DNA from: Candidatus Enterousia sp.
GTDB lineage: Bacteria > Pseudomonadota > Alphaproteobacteria > Rs-D84
Direction of reading: 5' to 3'
Assembly (NCBI GenBank): GCA_045613315.1
Contig: JAZLAV010000019.1
Location: forward strand, 1 to 55,505
DNA length: 55,505 nucleotides
Position 1 is the stretch's first letter, and each line of letters begins with the position of its first letter. Positions 31,502 through 41,742 of the stretch are shown here, piece by piece. Position numbers and translations under genes: made by a program. The notes beneath the pieces were generated by a model that saw only the letters and a list, made by a program, of their open reading frames with translations, ran no database searches and was not told where the DNA came from.

Positions 31502-32131
31502 TTATGCCAATCTTGCTTCCACTGCTTTGACTGCATCTGCTGTCAAAACCAATTTTTCATGTTTCAAGATATCCAAAACATTTAAACCAATTGTCGGCAA
31601 CACATCAATGTTTTCGATATTGGCTGCGGATTTCTTGAAGTTTTCATCCAAAACGTCGGTACCAACGAACAACGCAGACGCGATATTCAGTTTTTTCAAC
31701 TGTTTCGCAAATGCACCCGTCTTGGCTGCTTTCAATTTTTCGGAATCAATCACAATCAAAGAACCGTCTTTGACCTTGGATGACAAAGCCATTTTCAGGC
31801 CCAAAGAACGAATTTTCTTTGGTAAATCAATTGCATGATCGCGCACAACTGGGCCGTGCACAACACCACCGCCACGCATGTGAACATTGTATTTTTCACC
31901 CTGACGTGCGTTACCTGTCTTTTTCTGTTTGAACGCTTTTTTACCACTGCCCGCAACATCCGAAACCGTTTTCACCGCATGTGTGCCTGCGCGTGATTTT
32001 GCGCGTTGCCATGTGACAACACGATGCAAAATATCTGCACGTGGTTCCAAACCAAAAATGCTGTCTTGCAATTCTGCTTTGCCGACCGCTTTACCATCAA
32101 AATTAATAATGTCTATTTGCATTTTATTCAC
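31502..32131 (-). CDS. rplD: 50S ribosomal protein L4
   Basis: 209 aa. It contains ...WQRAKSRAGTHAVKTVSDVAGSGKKAFKQKKTGNARQG... Confidence 0.96.
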   Translation of the reverse strand: MNKMQIDIINFDGKAVGKAELQDSIFGLEPRADILHRVVTWQRAKSRAGTHAVKTVSDVAGSGKKAFKQKKTGNARQGEKYNVHMRGGGVVHGPVVRDHAIDLPKKIRSLGLKMALSSKVKDGSLIVIDSEKLKAAKTGAFAKQLKKLNIASALFVGTDVLDENFKKSAANIENIDVLPTIGLNVLDILKHEKLVLTADAVKAVEARLA

Positions 32132-32152
32132 CTTACCTTGCTGTCGCCGTTA

Positions 32153-32863
32153 TTATTCCGCAACAGTTTCTGTTGTGGTGTCCGCACCGGCATTGTTTAT
32201 TTTGGTTGGGACTGGTAAATCTTTCTGTTCTTTTTTGATTGCATCGGTTACCAATACAAATGTGCCATTTGCACCCGGAACAGCGCCTTCGACGAATATC
32301 AAGTTTTCTGCTTCGTCCATACCAAATACCTTCAGGTTCTGAACCGTTACGGTTTCATTACCCATTTGACCTGCCATCTTTTTACCCTTTAAAACACGGC
32401 CTGGCCATTCGCGCATACCCGTACCACCAAGTGAACGATGTGCTTTTAAAACACCATGGGACGCTTCCTTACCGCCAAAGTTATGACGTTTCATTGCCCC
32501 CTGGAAACCTTTACCCTTGCTTGTCGCCTGGACATCGATAAATTGTCCGACAATAAAATGAGACGCCGACATTATTGTCCCCACAGGGATAATGCAATCA
32601 TCGGATACGCGGAATTCCGCAACCTTACGAAATGGCTTAACGCCTACTTTTTCTGCTGCAACCGCTTGTGGTTTTGCCACATGCTTTGCCTTGGCTTCGC
32701 GCAAACCCAAAACATTTGCGACGTAACCATTTTTTTCCATTGTCCGATTACCGATAACCGTGCAATCACCAACCGATAATACTGTTACCGGATGTGCCAC
32801 ACCCGCATCGTCATACAGACGTGTCATACCTATTTTTGTTGTTATTAATCCGCTACGTTTCAT
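32153..32863 (-). CDS. rplC: 50S ribosomal protein L3
   Basis: MKRSGLITTKIGMTRLYDD...GKGFQGAMKRHNF. Confidence 0.96.
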   Translation of the reverse strand: MKRSGLITTKIGMTRLYDDAGVAHPVTVLSVGDCTVIGNRTMEKNGYVANVLGLREAKAKHVAKPQAVAAEKVGVKPFRKVAEFRVSDDCIIPVGTIMSASHFIVGQFIDVQATSKGKGFQGAMKRHNFGGKEASHGVLKAHRSLGGTGMREWPGRVLKGKKMAGQMGNETVTVQNLKVFGMDEAENLIFVEGAVPGANGTFVLVTDAIKKEQKDLPVPTKINNAGADTTTETVAE

Positions 32864-32932
32864 TTTTTTGCCTTTTTTTAGTCAGAGGTTGGCGCGTTTT
32901 ATCTTTTGCATCCCACACCAACGCTAACAGTT

Positions 32933-33244
32933 TTACAATTTAATTTTTACATCGACCCCGGATGTCAAATCCAACTTCATCAACGCATCAACTGTCTGAG
33001 GGGTTGGATTAACAATATCTACGACCGCCTTGTGATTGCGGATTTCGAATTGTTCACGTGATTTTTTATCAACGTGTGGCGAACGGTTCACTGTAAATTT
33101 TTGAACCAATGTCGGCAAGCGAACGGGTCCAACGACATCCGCGCCTGTGCGCTTGGCTGTCTTGACAATTTCATCAACAGATTCCATCAAATTACGATGA
33201 TCGAACGCTGTTAATTTAATACGAATTTTTGATGCTGGTACCAT
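32933..33244 (-). CDS. rpsJ: 30S ribosomal protein S10
   Basis: The start is reset to [19 protein letters not shown] (ATG 33244, with the RBS aaggaaaa upstream). Confidence 0.95.
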   Translation of the reverse strand: MVPASKIRIKLTAFDHRNLMESVDEIVKTAKRTGADVVGPVRLPTLVQKFTVNRSPHVDKKSREQFEIRNHKAVVDIVNPTPQTVDALMKLDLTSGVDVKIKL

Positions 33245-33322
33245 TTGTTCGTTTTCCTTATCGTTATTCGGGCCGGTAATCATTGGCGTTTTTCATCCAA
33301 TTACACCGACCCGTTTGTTACC

Positions 33323-34510
33323 TTATTTTACAATCTTGGACACAACACCTGCGCCAACTGTGCGTCCGCCTTCACGGATAGCAAAGCGACGGCCTTCGTC
33401 CATAGCAATAGGTGCAATCAATTGCACGCTGATGCGGACGTTATCACCCGGCAGAACCATTTCTTTGTCTGCTGGCAAAGTGATTGTTCCAGTTACGTCT
33501 GTTGTGCTGAAATAGAACTGTGGACGATAGTTGCTAAAGAACGCTGTGTGACGTCCGCCTTCTTCTTTGGTCAAGATATAAACTTCAGCTTCAAAGTCTG
33601 TGTGTGGTGTAATAGAACCTGGTTTGCAGATAATCTGGCCACGTTCCACTTCTTCCTTTTTGGTTCCACGCAACAACAAACCTACGTTATCGCCGGCTTC
33701 ACCTTGATCCAACATTTTGCGGAACATTTCGACGCCGGTAACAACTGTTTTCTGGGTTGGACGCAAACCAACGATTTCGCATTCGTCACCAACTTTGACA
33801 ACACCTGATTCAACACGGCCGGTCACAACGGTTCCACGACCTGTGATTGAAAACACGTCTTCGATTGGCATCAAGAACGGTTTGTCAACCGGACGTTCCG
33901 GCATTGGGATGTATTCATCGCATGCTTTCAACAATGCATCAATCGATTCTTTGCCCAAACCATCGGATTTACCTTCCAATGCGGAAACGGCAGAACCACG
34001 GATAATCGGAGCATTGTCACCGTCGAAATCGTTCGCAGACAACAATTCACGAATTTCCATTTCGACCAATTCCAACAATTCAGGATCGTTTGCCAAATCG
34101 CATTTGTTCAAATAAACGACGATTTTTGGAATACCAACCTGACGTGCCAACAAGATGTGTTCACGTGTCTGGGGCATAGGACCATCAGTTGCAGCCACAA
34201 CCAAGATTGCACCGTCCATCTGGGCAGCACCGGTAATCATGTTTTTAACATAGTCCGCGTGTCCCGGGCAGTCAACGTGTGCATAGTGACGTGACGCTGT
34301 TTCGTATTCAACGTGTGCGGTGTTAATTGTAATACCACGTGCGCGTTCTTCTGGTGCGTTATCGATTTGATCGACACCCTTTTGCGCATCGGTTCCAACA
34401 CCATAGTAGTGAACAATAGCGGCTGTCAAAGTCGTTTTACCGTGGTCAACGTGGCCAATGGTACCGATGTTAACATGCGGCTTGGTTCTTATATATTTTT
34501 CTTTTGCCAT
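33323..34510 (-). CDS. tuf: Elongation factor Tu
   Basis: [32 protein letters not shown]...DCPGHADY...NKCD. Confidence 0.98.
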   Translation of the reverse strand: MAKEKYIRTKPHVNIGTIGHVDHGKTTLTAAIVHYYGVGTDAQKGVDQIDNAPEERARGITINTAHVEYETASRHYAHVDCPGHADYVKNMITGAAQMDGAILVVAATDGPMPQTREHILLARQVGIPKIVVYLNKCDLANDPELLELVEMEIRELLSANDFDGDNAPIIRGSAVSALEGKSDGLGKESIDALLKACDEYIPMPERPVDKPFLMPIEDVFSITGRGTVVTGRVESGVVKVGDECEIVGLRPTQKTVVTGVEMFRKMLDQGEAGDNVGLLLRGTKKEEVERGQIICKPGSITPHTDFEAEVYILTKEEGGRHTAFFSNYRPQFYFSTTDVTGTITLPADKEMVLPGDNVRISVQLIAPIAMDEGRRFAIREGGRTVGAGVVSKIVK

Positions 34511-34623
34511 AGTTTTTCTCCTTAGGGCTTCTTGTTTTTGTTAATCTGATTTTCGATTTCCGGGTTATGGATTTCTGAACCTAATCATAACCCAGAAATT
34601 TTAAATCACAATCTTTTTTTTGT

Positions 34624-36705
34624 TTATTTTGTCAGTTTCTTTATAACTTCGTCTGCAACATTCTGCGGCACTTCGGCATAGTGCGACAATTCCATATACG
34701 GATTTGCACGCCCCTGCGACAAAGAACGCAATGTCTTGACATATCCGAACAGGTTTGCCAACGGCACAAATGCAGAAATCAACTGATTCCCAAATTGCGT
34801 TTCAATCCCGTTGATTTGACCACGACGGCTGTTCAAGTCACCGATGATGTCCCCGACATATTCTTCCGGTGTGTTAACCGAAAGTTTCATAACCGGTTCC
34901 AACAACTTTGGCGCCGCTTTCTTCATCGCTTCGCGGAAGCACGCACGCGCCGCTATTTCAAAGCATAATACATTAGAGTCCACTTCGTGATACTTACCAT
35001 CTACCAATGTAGCCTTGAAATCCACTGTCGGATAGCCAATCAAGACACCCGTCTGTTGCGCTATCTTTAAACCCTTTTCAACACCTGGGATGTATTCTTT
35101 TGGAATCGCACCACCAACAATCTTGTTTTCAAATTCGTATCCAGAACCCGGTTCCAACGGTTCAAATTCGATTTTCACCTGGGCGTACTGACCCGAACCA
35201 CCAGATTGTTTCTTGTGTGTATATTCTTCAGTGACCGGTTTGCGGAATGTTTCACGATACGCGATACGCGGTTCGCCAACATTAACATCAACCTTGAATT
35301 CACGTGACAAACGATCAACCAAAATTTCCAGGTGCAATTCACCAACACCCGCCAAAATCGTTTGACCAGATTCTTCGTCAACCGACACACGGAAAGACGG
35401 ATCTTCTTTGGCCAATGCCTGCAATCCCAATGCCATTTTTTCAACGTCGGCCTTGGTCTTTGGTTCAACGGCGATGGAAATAACCGGTTCTGGAATATGG
35501 ATGTTTTCCAAAATAATCGGATTGGCTTCATCACACAATGTATCACCGGTAATCGTTTCCTTCATACCAACCAGGGTGATAATGTCACCGGCGGACGCTT
35601 CTTTAATTTCTTCACGATTGTTCGAATGCATCAACAACATACGACCAACGCGTTCACGTTTATCACGGTTGGAATTATAGATGTACGAACCCGAAACCAA
35701 TTTACCCGAATAAATACGGATGAACATAAGGTTTCCGACAAATGGATCATTTGCAACCTTGAACGCCAATGCACTGAAAGGTTCTTTGGCATCCGGATGA
35801 CGTTCGACAACCGTTTCTTTATCCAATTTGGTTCCCTTGATGGCAGGAATATCCAACGGACTTGGCAAATAGTCAACAATTGCATCCAACAATGGTTGAA
35901 CACCCTTGTTTTTAAATGCGGTTCCGCACAAAATCGGATTAAAGTTCTGAGCAATCGTCCCTTTGCGAATCAGTTTCTTGATTGTGGCGACATCTGGAAT
36001 CTTGCCTTCCATATAGGCTTCCATAATTTCATCATCCAGGGTCACAACTTCTTCGATCAATTTGTTGTGTAATTCTTCGGCTTTGGCTTTCAAATCATCT
36101 GGAATTTCAATTGTGACCGGGTGGGAACCTGTTTCATCTTCCCAAATCAAACCCTTCATTTCCACAACGTCAACAACACCCTTGAATTCGGATTCTGCAC
36201 CGATTGGGAAATTAACAACCAACGGATTTGCGCCCAAACGTTCACGAATCATATCAACACAGCGGAAGAAATTTCCACCAATACGATCCATCTTGTTTAT
36301 AAAACAAATACGTGGAACATTGTAACGATCGGCCTGACGCCAAACGGTTTCTGTTTGTGGCTGAACACCCGACACAGATTCAAAAACCGCGACCGCACCG
36401 TCCAAAACACGCAGTGAACGTTCCACTTCCATGGTAAAGTCCACGTGTCCCGGGGTGTCAATAAGGTTAATACGATGATCGCGCCAAAAACATGTAGTTG
36501 CCGCTGATGTAATTGTAATACCACGTTCCTGTTCCTGTTCCATCCAGTCCATTGTCGCGGCACCATCGTGCACTTCACCAATTTTATATGTTTTACCGGT
36601 ATAGAACAAAATACGTTCAGAAGTTGTTGTTTTCCCCGCGTCAATGTGCGCCATAATACCGATATTGCGGTACATATGTAATGGGGCAGTTTTTCCAACA
36701 GACAT
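34624..36705 (-). CDS. fusA: Elongation factor G
   Basis: ...[26 protein letters not shown]...DTPGHVDF...; 693 aa. Confidence 0.98.
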   Translation of the reverse strand: MSVGKTAPLHMYRNIGIMAHIDAGKTTTSERILFYTGKTYKIGEVHDGAATMDWMEQEQERGITITSAATTCFWRDHRINLIDTPGHVDFTMEVERSLRVLDGAVAVFESVSGVQPQTETVWRQADRYNVPRICFINKMDRIGGNFFRCVDMIRERLGANPLVVNFPIGAESEFKGVVDVVEMKGLIWEDETGSHPVTIEIPDDLKAKAEELHNKLIEEVVTLDDEIMEAYMEGKIPDVATIKKLIRKGTIAQNFNPILCGTAFKNKGVQPLLDAIVDYLPSPLDIPAIKGTKLDKETVVERHPDAKEPFSALAFKVANDPFVGNLMFIRIYSGKLVSGSYIYNSNRDKRERVGRMLLMHSNNREEIKEASAGDIITLVGMKETITGDTLCDEANPIILENIHIPEPVISIAVEPKTKADVEKMALGLQALAKEDPSFRVSVDEESGQTILAGVGELHLEILVDRLSREFKVDVNVGEPRIAYRETFRKPVTEEYTHKKQSGGSGQYAQVKIEFEPLEPGSGYEFENKIVGGAIPKEYIPGVEKGLKIAQQTGVLIGYPTVDFKATLVDGKYHEVDSNVLCFEIAARACFREAMKKAAPKLLEPVMKLSVNTPEEYVGDIIGDLNSRRGQINGIETQFGNQLISAFVPLANLFGYVKTLRSLSQGRANPYMELSHYAEVPQNVADEVIKKLTK

Positions 36706-36737
36706 TGTATTCTTTCCTTTTGTTTTCTCTCATTAAA

Positions 36738-37211
36738 TTACCAACGGAAATGCGCACACGCCTTGTTCGCCTCTGCCATCTTGTGGGTATCAATCTTTTT
36801 CTTGAATGCGCCACCATTGCCCGCCAATGCATCGCGCAATTCTGCAAACAATCTTTCTTCCATGCTGCGTTCACCACGTTTACGTGCGAACATCACCAAC
36901 CAACGCAATGCCAATGTCTGCTGACGCGCAGGACGCACTTCGACTGGAACCTGATATGTTGCACCGCCAACACGACGACCCTTGACTTCTACACTTGGCT
37001 TAAGGGCATCAACCGCTTCCAAAAATGCGGCCAATTCATTACCGTCTTTTGCAACTTTCTTCAGTTTTTCCAACGCACCATAAACGATGTTTTCGGCAAC
37101 TTCTTTCTTGCCGTCCCACATAACAACATTAATACATTTTGCAACAACCAAATTGTTGTATTTAGAATCTGGTAAAATTTCACGTTTTGCTGCTGCTTTA
37201 CGTCTTGACAT
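36738..37211 (-). CDS. rpsG: 30S ribosomal protein S7
   Basis: [19 protein letters not shown]... Confidence 0.97.
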   Translation of the reverse strand: MSRRKAAAKREILPDSKYNNLVVAKCINVVMWDGKKEVAENIVYGALEKLKKVAKDGNELAAFLEAVDALKPSVEVKGRRVGGATYQVPVEVRPARQQTLALRWLVMFARKRGERSMEERLFAELRDALAGNGGAFKKKIDTHKMAEANKACAHFRW

Positions 37212-37286
37212 TTTGTTTTCCTTTTATTTCTTCATTCGTTTCCGAATTACTCATGCGGCGTCACCGCATGTATTGTTATTCTTTAA

Positions 37287-37658
37287 TTATTTTGCAACCT
37301 TGGCACCATACAATGAACGACCCTGTTTTCTGGATTCGACACCCTTGGTATCCAAGACACCACGAATAATGTGATATTTCACACCCGGCAAGTCCTTTAC
37401 ACGACCGCCACGAATCATAACAACACTGTGTTCCTGTAAATTGTGACCTTCGCCCGGAATGTATGCGGTCACTTCGCGACCGTTGGCCAATTTAACACGG
37501 GCCACTTTACGTTGGGCAGAGTTAGGTTTCTTTGGCGTGGTTGTGTACACACGCGTGCAAACACCACGTTTTTGCGGATTTTCCATCATATCAGGCGCCG
37601 TGGATTTCACAACAACCTTTTTACGTGGTTTCCGAATCAGTTGGTTTACTGTTGGCAT
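37287..37658 (-). CDS. rpsL: 30S ribosomal protein S12
   Basis: [14 protein letters not shown]...[14 protein letters not shown]... Confidence 0.98.
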   Translation of the reverse strand: MPTVNQLIRKPRKKVVVKSTAPDMMENPQKRGVCTRVYTTTPKKPNSAQRKVARVKLANGREVTAYIPGEGHNLQEHSVVMIRGGRVKDLPGVKYHIIRGVLDTKGVESRKQGRSLYGAKVAK

Positions 37659-37807
37659 TCAAAATCTCTTTGTTATTTGTCCATTTTTTTCGTACACAAA
37701 ACCGACCCCATACTTATTTCCATGGCACGCCATGGGTTATAAATATGTCAAAACGCCCGGTTTTCTGTATGTTTTATGCCTTCCCTATTTACGTGGAAAG
37801 CGATTGT

Positions 37808-37835
37808 ATTATAACCGTAACCGCCCGATTGTCAA
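37808..37835 (-). promoter_or_regulatory. Consensus promoter of the str operon (TTGACA-16-TATAAT on the minus strand)
   Basis: The reverse complement reads cTTGACAatcgggcggttacggtTATAATac. It lies about 150 nt upstream of the rpsL ATG. The leader contains the palindrome ccatggcacgccatgg (37720-37735). Confidence 0.6.
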
Positions 37836-37848
37836 GAAAAAAGACCAT

Positions 37849-37874
37849 AAAAACGCGCCCAACGGCGCGTTTTT
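37849..37874. terminator. Terminator after the 254-aa OMP gene (bidirectional)
   Basis: aaaaacgcgcc caac ggcgcgttttt. Confidence 0.7.
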
Positions 37875-37895
37875 ATTGCGTTTATATCCCAATCA

Positions 37896-38660
37896 CTAGA
37901 ATTGGATACCAAATTTTGCACCGAATGTCATCGGGGCTACATTAAAGCCCTTGGCAACATTCTTTTCTGCATAAACGCCAACATAGGAATTTTTGCAGAA
38001 GTTATAGTTGACACCCAATTTAACATCAACCGGTTTCTGGTGATGATATTTCAGGTTCAATTCCGCAGGAACATACGCGTCATGCAATTTGAAACCATAT
38101 GTCGCACCACCGACCAAGTTCAGGTGTTTACCCAAATATACCTGGCCTTCGAATCCGGCATCCATACCCCATGCGTGATGATCCAACGAAACGTTGTGTG
38201 CTTCTGCAACCGCGTTTAACGAGAACCCGTCAACAACAAAGCCATAACGTGTTCCGATTGTCCAAGAATAGAATTCGACATTCATATCGTCACGTGCATC
38301 ATAGTTTTGTGCAACTGTGCCATAGATGTCGCCCTTCCATTCATTGCCGTAATCGAACCAACGATAGTTCAGGCCCAATTCAACATAGTCCCAATTCCAT
38401 TTTGTGTTATAACGTGGCGCATCAGACGAATCGTATGAACCAGCGGTTGCCAACGAAACGGTCCACCAATCATAGAAACCATAACCAAATTCCGTACCCA
38501 ATGCATAGTGTTCGAATTCCGTATCCATTGCGAATGTTGTTTCATTATAGAACGCACCCTTGTCTGGACGATACATCGGATTACCAATGTTAAAGTTTGC
38601 CGCGTTCGCGCCGGAAACCGCCGCAAAAGCCAACAACGACGTCAAAGCCAATTTTTTCAT
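37896..38660 (-). CDS. Outer-membrane beta-barrel protein, 254 aa
   Basis: Signal peptide MKKLALTSLLAFAAVSGANA. Alternating Tyr/Gly/aromatic strands. The C-terminus is ...FGAKFGIQF with a terminal Phe. Confidence 0.75.
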   Translation of the reverse strand: MKKLALTSLLAFAAVSGANAANFNIGNPMYRPDKGAFYNETTFAMDTEFEHYALGTEFGYGFYDWWTVSLATAGSYDSSDAPRYNTKWNWDYVELGLNYRWFDYGNEWKGDIYGTVAQNYDARDDMNVEFYSWTIGTRYGFVVDGFSLNAVAEAHNVSLDHHAWGMDAGFEGQVYLGKHLNLVGGATYGFKLHDAYVPAELNLKYHHQKPVDVKLGVNYNFCKNSYVGVYAEKNVAKGFNVAPMTFGAKFGIQF

Positions 38661-38747
38661 ATTAAATCCCCTTTTTTTGGTTTTTACACCAGAATTATTT
38701 TATTCTAGCTTCGCCTATTTTACTATCAGAACCCGCCTTTTTCAAGG

Positions 38748-38778
38748 AAAAAAACCCGCCCACACGGGACGGGTTTTT
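38748..38778 (-). terminator. Terminator after the 190-aa OMP gene
   Basis: aaaaaaacccgccc acac gggacgggttttt. A T-run follows on the minus strand. Confidence 0.6.
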
Positions 38779-38796
38779 ATACTCTTTTTAATACAT

Positions 38797-39369
38797 TTAG
38801 AAGTTATAAGTGAACCCGATTTGGAAATCGCTGGTATTCGCAACATCATTAGCATCTGCGTATGCACCAACACCCCAACCTTTCTCTATACCCATCTTAT
38901 CATTTGCCCACGTATAACCCGCACGTACGCCCAAGAAGTTCAAATTAGCGTACAACGTAAATGATTCGGAAACATCATACGTAATCATAGGTATGACGCT
39001 GGCACCAATTTCGGACGCCGTTTCACCGTTAAAGTGCAAAAAGCCCGCTTCCACAGTGCCCTTTAATAACAAGTTCACACCGCCAAACTGCGCGACATTA
39101 TAACGCGCAAATGCACCAATTCCGTATGTTTCTGCGTCATCTTCGATGCCATTCTTTTGATATTTACGATCATAACCAAATTCACCCATGACACCAACGT
39201 CCCATTTGGAATCAACTTTCCATCCAAATTCTGGAGCCACATCTAAAATTGTTGCATGTTCATCACCAAATGAAAATGCTGCACTGCCACCGACAAAATA
39301 ATTGGTTGCTGCACTTGCAGAAGAAACCACAAATAATGCCATCAAAGACGTTAAAGCTAATTTTTTCAT
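38797..39369 (-). CDS. Outer-membrane beta-barrel protein, 190 aa (paralogue of the neighbouring OMP)
   Basis: The signal peptide MKKLALTSLMALFVVSSASA is nearly identical to that of the neighbour. The protein ends ...IGFTYNF. Confidence 0.75.
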   Translation of the reverse strand: MKKLALTSLMALFVVSSASAATNYFVGGSAAFSFGDEHATILDVAPEFGWKVDSKWDVGVMGEFGYDRKYQKNGIEDDAETYGIGAFARYNVAQFGGVNLLLKGTVEAGFLHFNGETASEIGASVIPMITYDVSESFTLYANLNFLGVRAGYTWANDKMGIEKGWGVGAYADANDVANTSDFQIGFTYNF

Positions 39370-39423
39370 AACTTTTCCTTTCGTTTTGGTTGTGACCAGA
39401 ATTCGTTCCTGATCTTAATACTA

Positions 39424-39452
39424 ATTTTATCTGGGATTTAAATCCCCTGCAA
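39424..39452 (-). promoter_or_regulatory. Candidate OMP promoter (TTGCAG-17-TAAAAT) with a 14-bp perfect palindrome in the spacer
   Basis: The reverse complement reads TTGCAGgggatttaaatcccagaTAAAAT. The palindrome GGGATTTAAATCCC spans 39433-39446. Confidence 0.45.
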
Positions 39453-39526
39453 GATTAAAGATTTTTGCTTTATTCTGAAAAAAATGATATAATATGCGCA
39501 TTATGCAATTTTGGAATACCGAATCG

Positions 39527-39560
39527 AATAAAAACACCGCAATTCTGCGGTGTTTTTTGT
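39527..39560. terminator. Bidirectional terminator (mltG 3' end)
   Basis: The stem caccgca / tgcggtg with loop attc is flanked by aaaaa and tttttt. Confidence 0.65.
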
Positions 39561-39620
39561 TTATTCTTTGATATTATTAGAACAATAAATAATTATGCAT
39601 TTTAACAAACCGACGGTTTT

Positions 39621-40649
39621 TCAATTTTTATTTCGCAATTTTTTTATCTCGCGCCAGTCAGCGTGATGTTTTTGGTGTTCTTCGTATGATTTGGAAAAAA
39701 TATGCCCACCACGGCCATCTGCAACAAAATACAGGTAATTTGTGTCCGCCGGCCGCAACACCGCACGGATTGCCGCCGCCCCCACATTCGCAATCGGCGC
39801 CGGTGGCAAACCATTGTGGGTATATGTGTTAAACGGGCTGTCTATTTTAAGGTGTCCCGTCAACAATGGTTTTCCCTGCATATCGCCATATCCATTGGTT
39901 AACGCATACACAACTGTCGGGTCGGCCTGTAATCGCATATTTTTACGCAACCGATTTATATACACACTGGCCACCACCGGCATTTCCGATTCGCGCGGTG
40001 TTTCGCGTTGCACAATCGACGCCAGTGTTATAACATCGTGCCAATTCTTTAATGGCCGCGGAATAATATACCCCGCACGCATCAACGAATCACGGGTCGA
40101 TCCCATTTTTTTTCGTGCCAAATCCAACACCGCTAAACGCGCTGTTCCCTTGGCCACGCGGTATGTATCGGGAAAAACATCACCATCATGCAAATCACAA
40201 ACCGGCGCGGTATTTCCACGCACACATTCCACATCACCGGACAATCGTTGTGTGTTTGACAAAAGAACCTTGATTTGTTTAATGGTATAACCTTCGGGGA
40301 TAACAATATCTGTGGTGGCAACCCGCCCGCGTGCAAACATCCGCGCAACGCGCCAAATACTGGCCCCCCGGGGGATATCATAGTCCCCACGTTGTACACG
40401 CCCACCCATACGCCGGACCGCCAATTTAAACAGCGATTCGGAATACACAATATGATTTGCACGCAAATTTGTTGCAACCGATGACACACTGTCACCATTA
40501 TTTATAACAAACGAAACATCACGACGCACCGGCGACCAAACGCCCATTATATAAATAACCAAACCCAAAATTATCGCGACCAGCGCAATAAATTGATTAC
40601 GTGATTTCTTATTTGGGAATATTTTTCTGCGCCGCATCATGAACAACAT
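39621..40649 (-). CDS. mltG: Endolytic murein transglycosylase MltG (YceG family)
   Basis: N-terminal TM, then ...VIPEGYTIKQI... and ...LASIVQRETPRESEMPVVASVYINRLRKNMRLQADPTVVYAL... Confidence 0.88.
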   Translation of the reverse strand: MLFMMRRRKIFPNKKSRNQFIALVAIILGLVIYIMGVWSPVRRDVSFVINNGDSVSSVATNLRANHIVYSESLFKLAVRRMGGRVQRGDYDIPRGASIWRVARMFARGRVATTDIVIPEGYTIKQIKVLLSNTQRLSGDVECVRGNTAPVCDLHDGDVFPDTYRVAKGTARLAVLDLARKKMGSTRDSLMRAGYIIPRPLKNWHDVITLASIVQRETPRESEMPVVASVYINRLRKNMRLQADPTVVYALTNGYGDMQGKPLLTGHLKIDSPFNTYTHNGLPPAPIANVGAAAIRAVLRPADTNYLYFVADGRGGHIFSKSYEEHQKHHADWREIKKLRNKN

Positions 40650-40683
40650 TATTACAGATAAAAAACCAAATGCAAATATCGCC

Positions 40684-41130
40684 TTAGTATTTTTTTCTGG
40701 TCTTTAATTTGTGCCACTTTGCCATAATGTCAACCGCCGCGGGATTGTCAATATGCTTTATACGCACACGACATTTGTTGTCAAACATCCGCTTGTCGCG
40801 AAATCCGATTTTATCCGCATCGTTTCGATTGGCGGCATAATACACATGTGATACGTTCGCCCATGTTATCGCCGCCAAACACATTGGGCACGGTTCACAA
40901 GACGTATATAAATCACAACCCGACAAATCGTATGTTCCAATTTTTTTACATGCCGCACGAATCGCATTTACTTCGGCATGCGCGGTTGGGTCATGTTTGG
41001 CAACGACGGTATTATGCGCCCGTGCAACAACAACCCCGTCTCGCACGACCACGGCGCCAAATGGTGAAGAACCACTTTTTACACTTCTGTCACTTTCCGC
41101 AATCGCCATATCTATAAATTTTTTATTCAT
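40684..41130 (-). CDS. CDA-family nucleoside/nucleotide deaminase (guanine-deaminase/TadA-like), about 148 aa
   Basis: Zinc motifs HAEVNAIRAA and CEPCPMC. The start is reset to MNKKFIDMAIAE (ATG 41130). The longer ORF-track start would run through a terminator hairpin. Confidence 0.8.
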   Translation of the reverse strand: MNKKFIDMAIAESDRSVKSGSSPFGAVVVRDGVVVARAHNTVVAKHDPTAHAEVNAIRAACKKIGTYDLSGCDLYTSCEPCPMCLAAITWANVSHVYYAANRNDADKIGFRDKRMFDNKCRVRIKHIDNPAAVDIMAKWHKLKTRKKY

Positions 41131-41202
41131 ATGCCCCACCCCATCCATCAACTGTATTACTGTTATGATACCAGAAAACATTCCCAAACCGTATAAATAA
41201 AT

Positions 41203-41225
41203 CAAAACCGCCACTTGGGCGGTTT
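41203..41225 (-). terminator. GC-rich hairpin terminator with no gene of its own (putative displaced tRNA-Pro terminator)
   Basis: On the minus strand it reads aaaccgcc caagt ggcggtttt gatttattt. It lies 8 nt beyond a 13-nt copy of the tRNA-Pro 3' end. Confidence 0.5.
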
Positions 41226-41232
41226 GAACTTA

Positions 41233-41245
41233 TGGTCGGGTTGAC
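41233..41245. repeat. att-like direct repeat (tggtcgggttgac), 11/13 identical to the tRNA-Pro 3' end at 46291-46303
   Basis: Read directly. A second copy, tggtggggttgac, lies at 41344-41356. Confidence 0.5.
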
Positions 41246-41328
41246 CCACCAAAATCGAGAAAAAGATACCGTTTTTTTGACTCACAAAAAATTATTCTTT
41301 TACAATTACTTATGACCAAGAGGGCGGA

Positions 41329-41401
41329 GTTTCTAATCCGATATGGTGGGGTTGACATTAAGTTGCGAACTTCAAATATAACATATTGATTTTTAATAAA
41401 A
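41329..41401. repeat. Left arm of the imperfect inverted repeat bracketing the R-M cassette
   Basis: The core ggggttgacattaagttgcgaacttcaaatataacatattgatttttaataaaa matches the reverse complement of 45969-46021. The match has one indel and a handful of mismatches. Confidence 0.7.
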
Positions 41402-41484
41402 AGATACTTGTAACTTGCTTTTTGAGTTGATTTTTATGTTTTTTTGAGCGTTATAGTAATCTGAATTATAAAAATGGAGGCAAA

Positions 41485-41667
41485 ATGTCGGAGCAAACAG
41501 AAAAAATTGTTAACATCATCCTACCAGATTTGCTAAATTATTTAGAGATGGTGGAAAGTGGGGAGATTATTGAAAAACGCCTTGAGAAAAATCTTCTCTG
41601 TAAGCCAAAAGAAAAAACAAAGTTATATGTTTTAGAAGAAGATGAAAAACATGAAGGGAAAAAATAA
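41485..41667 (+). CDS. Hypothetical 60-aa acidic protein, first gene of the cassette
   Basis: A strong RBS, ggaggcaaa, precedes the ATG. The protein is Glu/Lys-rich with no recognisable HTH. Confidence 0.45.
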   Translation: MSEQTEKIVNIILPDLLNYLEMVESGEIIEKRLEKNLLCKPKEKTKLYVLEEDEKHEGKK

Positions 41668-41742
41668 TTTTTGTATATTTGCAAAAAAAACATGCATTTT
41701 TAGAAAAAATATTTTATACTATGCGCCGCGAGAGGTTATTTA

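Noticed and set aside
34562-34599. Two mutually exclusive stems (gggttatg/cataaccc and atttctg/cagaaat) in the fusA-tuf spacer, considered as an attenuator or switch
   Set aside because: The stems are short, with no adjacent T-run or leader peptide. Such spacers often just hold an internal tuf promoter or a processing site. The evidence is too thin without conservation data.
35332-36072. 246-aa plus-strand ORF antisense to fusA
   Set aside because: It lies entirely inside the highly conserved EF-G gene. The translation has no recognisable features. Long antisense frames are common in highly expressed genes with biased codon use.
41131-41214. Upstream extension of the deaminase ORF (MAVLIYLYGLGMFSGIITVIQLMDGVGH)
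   Set aside because: The extension runs into the terminator hairpin at 41203-41225. The deaminase family N-terminus begins at MNKKFIDMAIAE, with a purine-rich RBS-like stretch just upstream.
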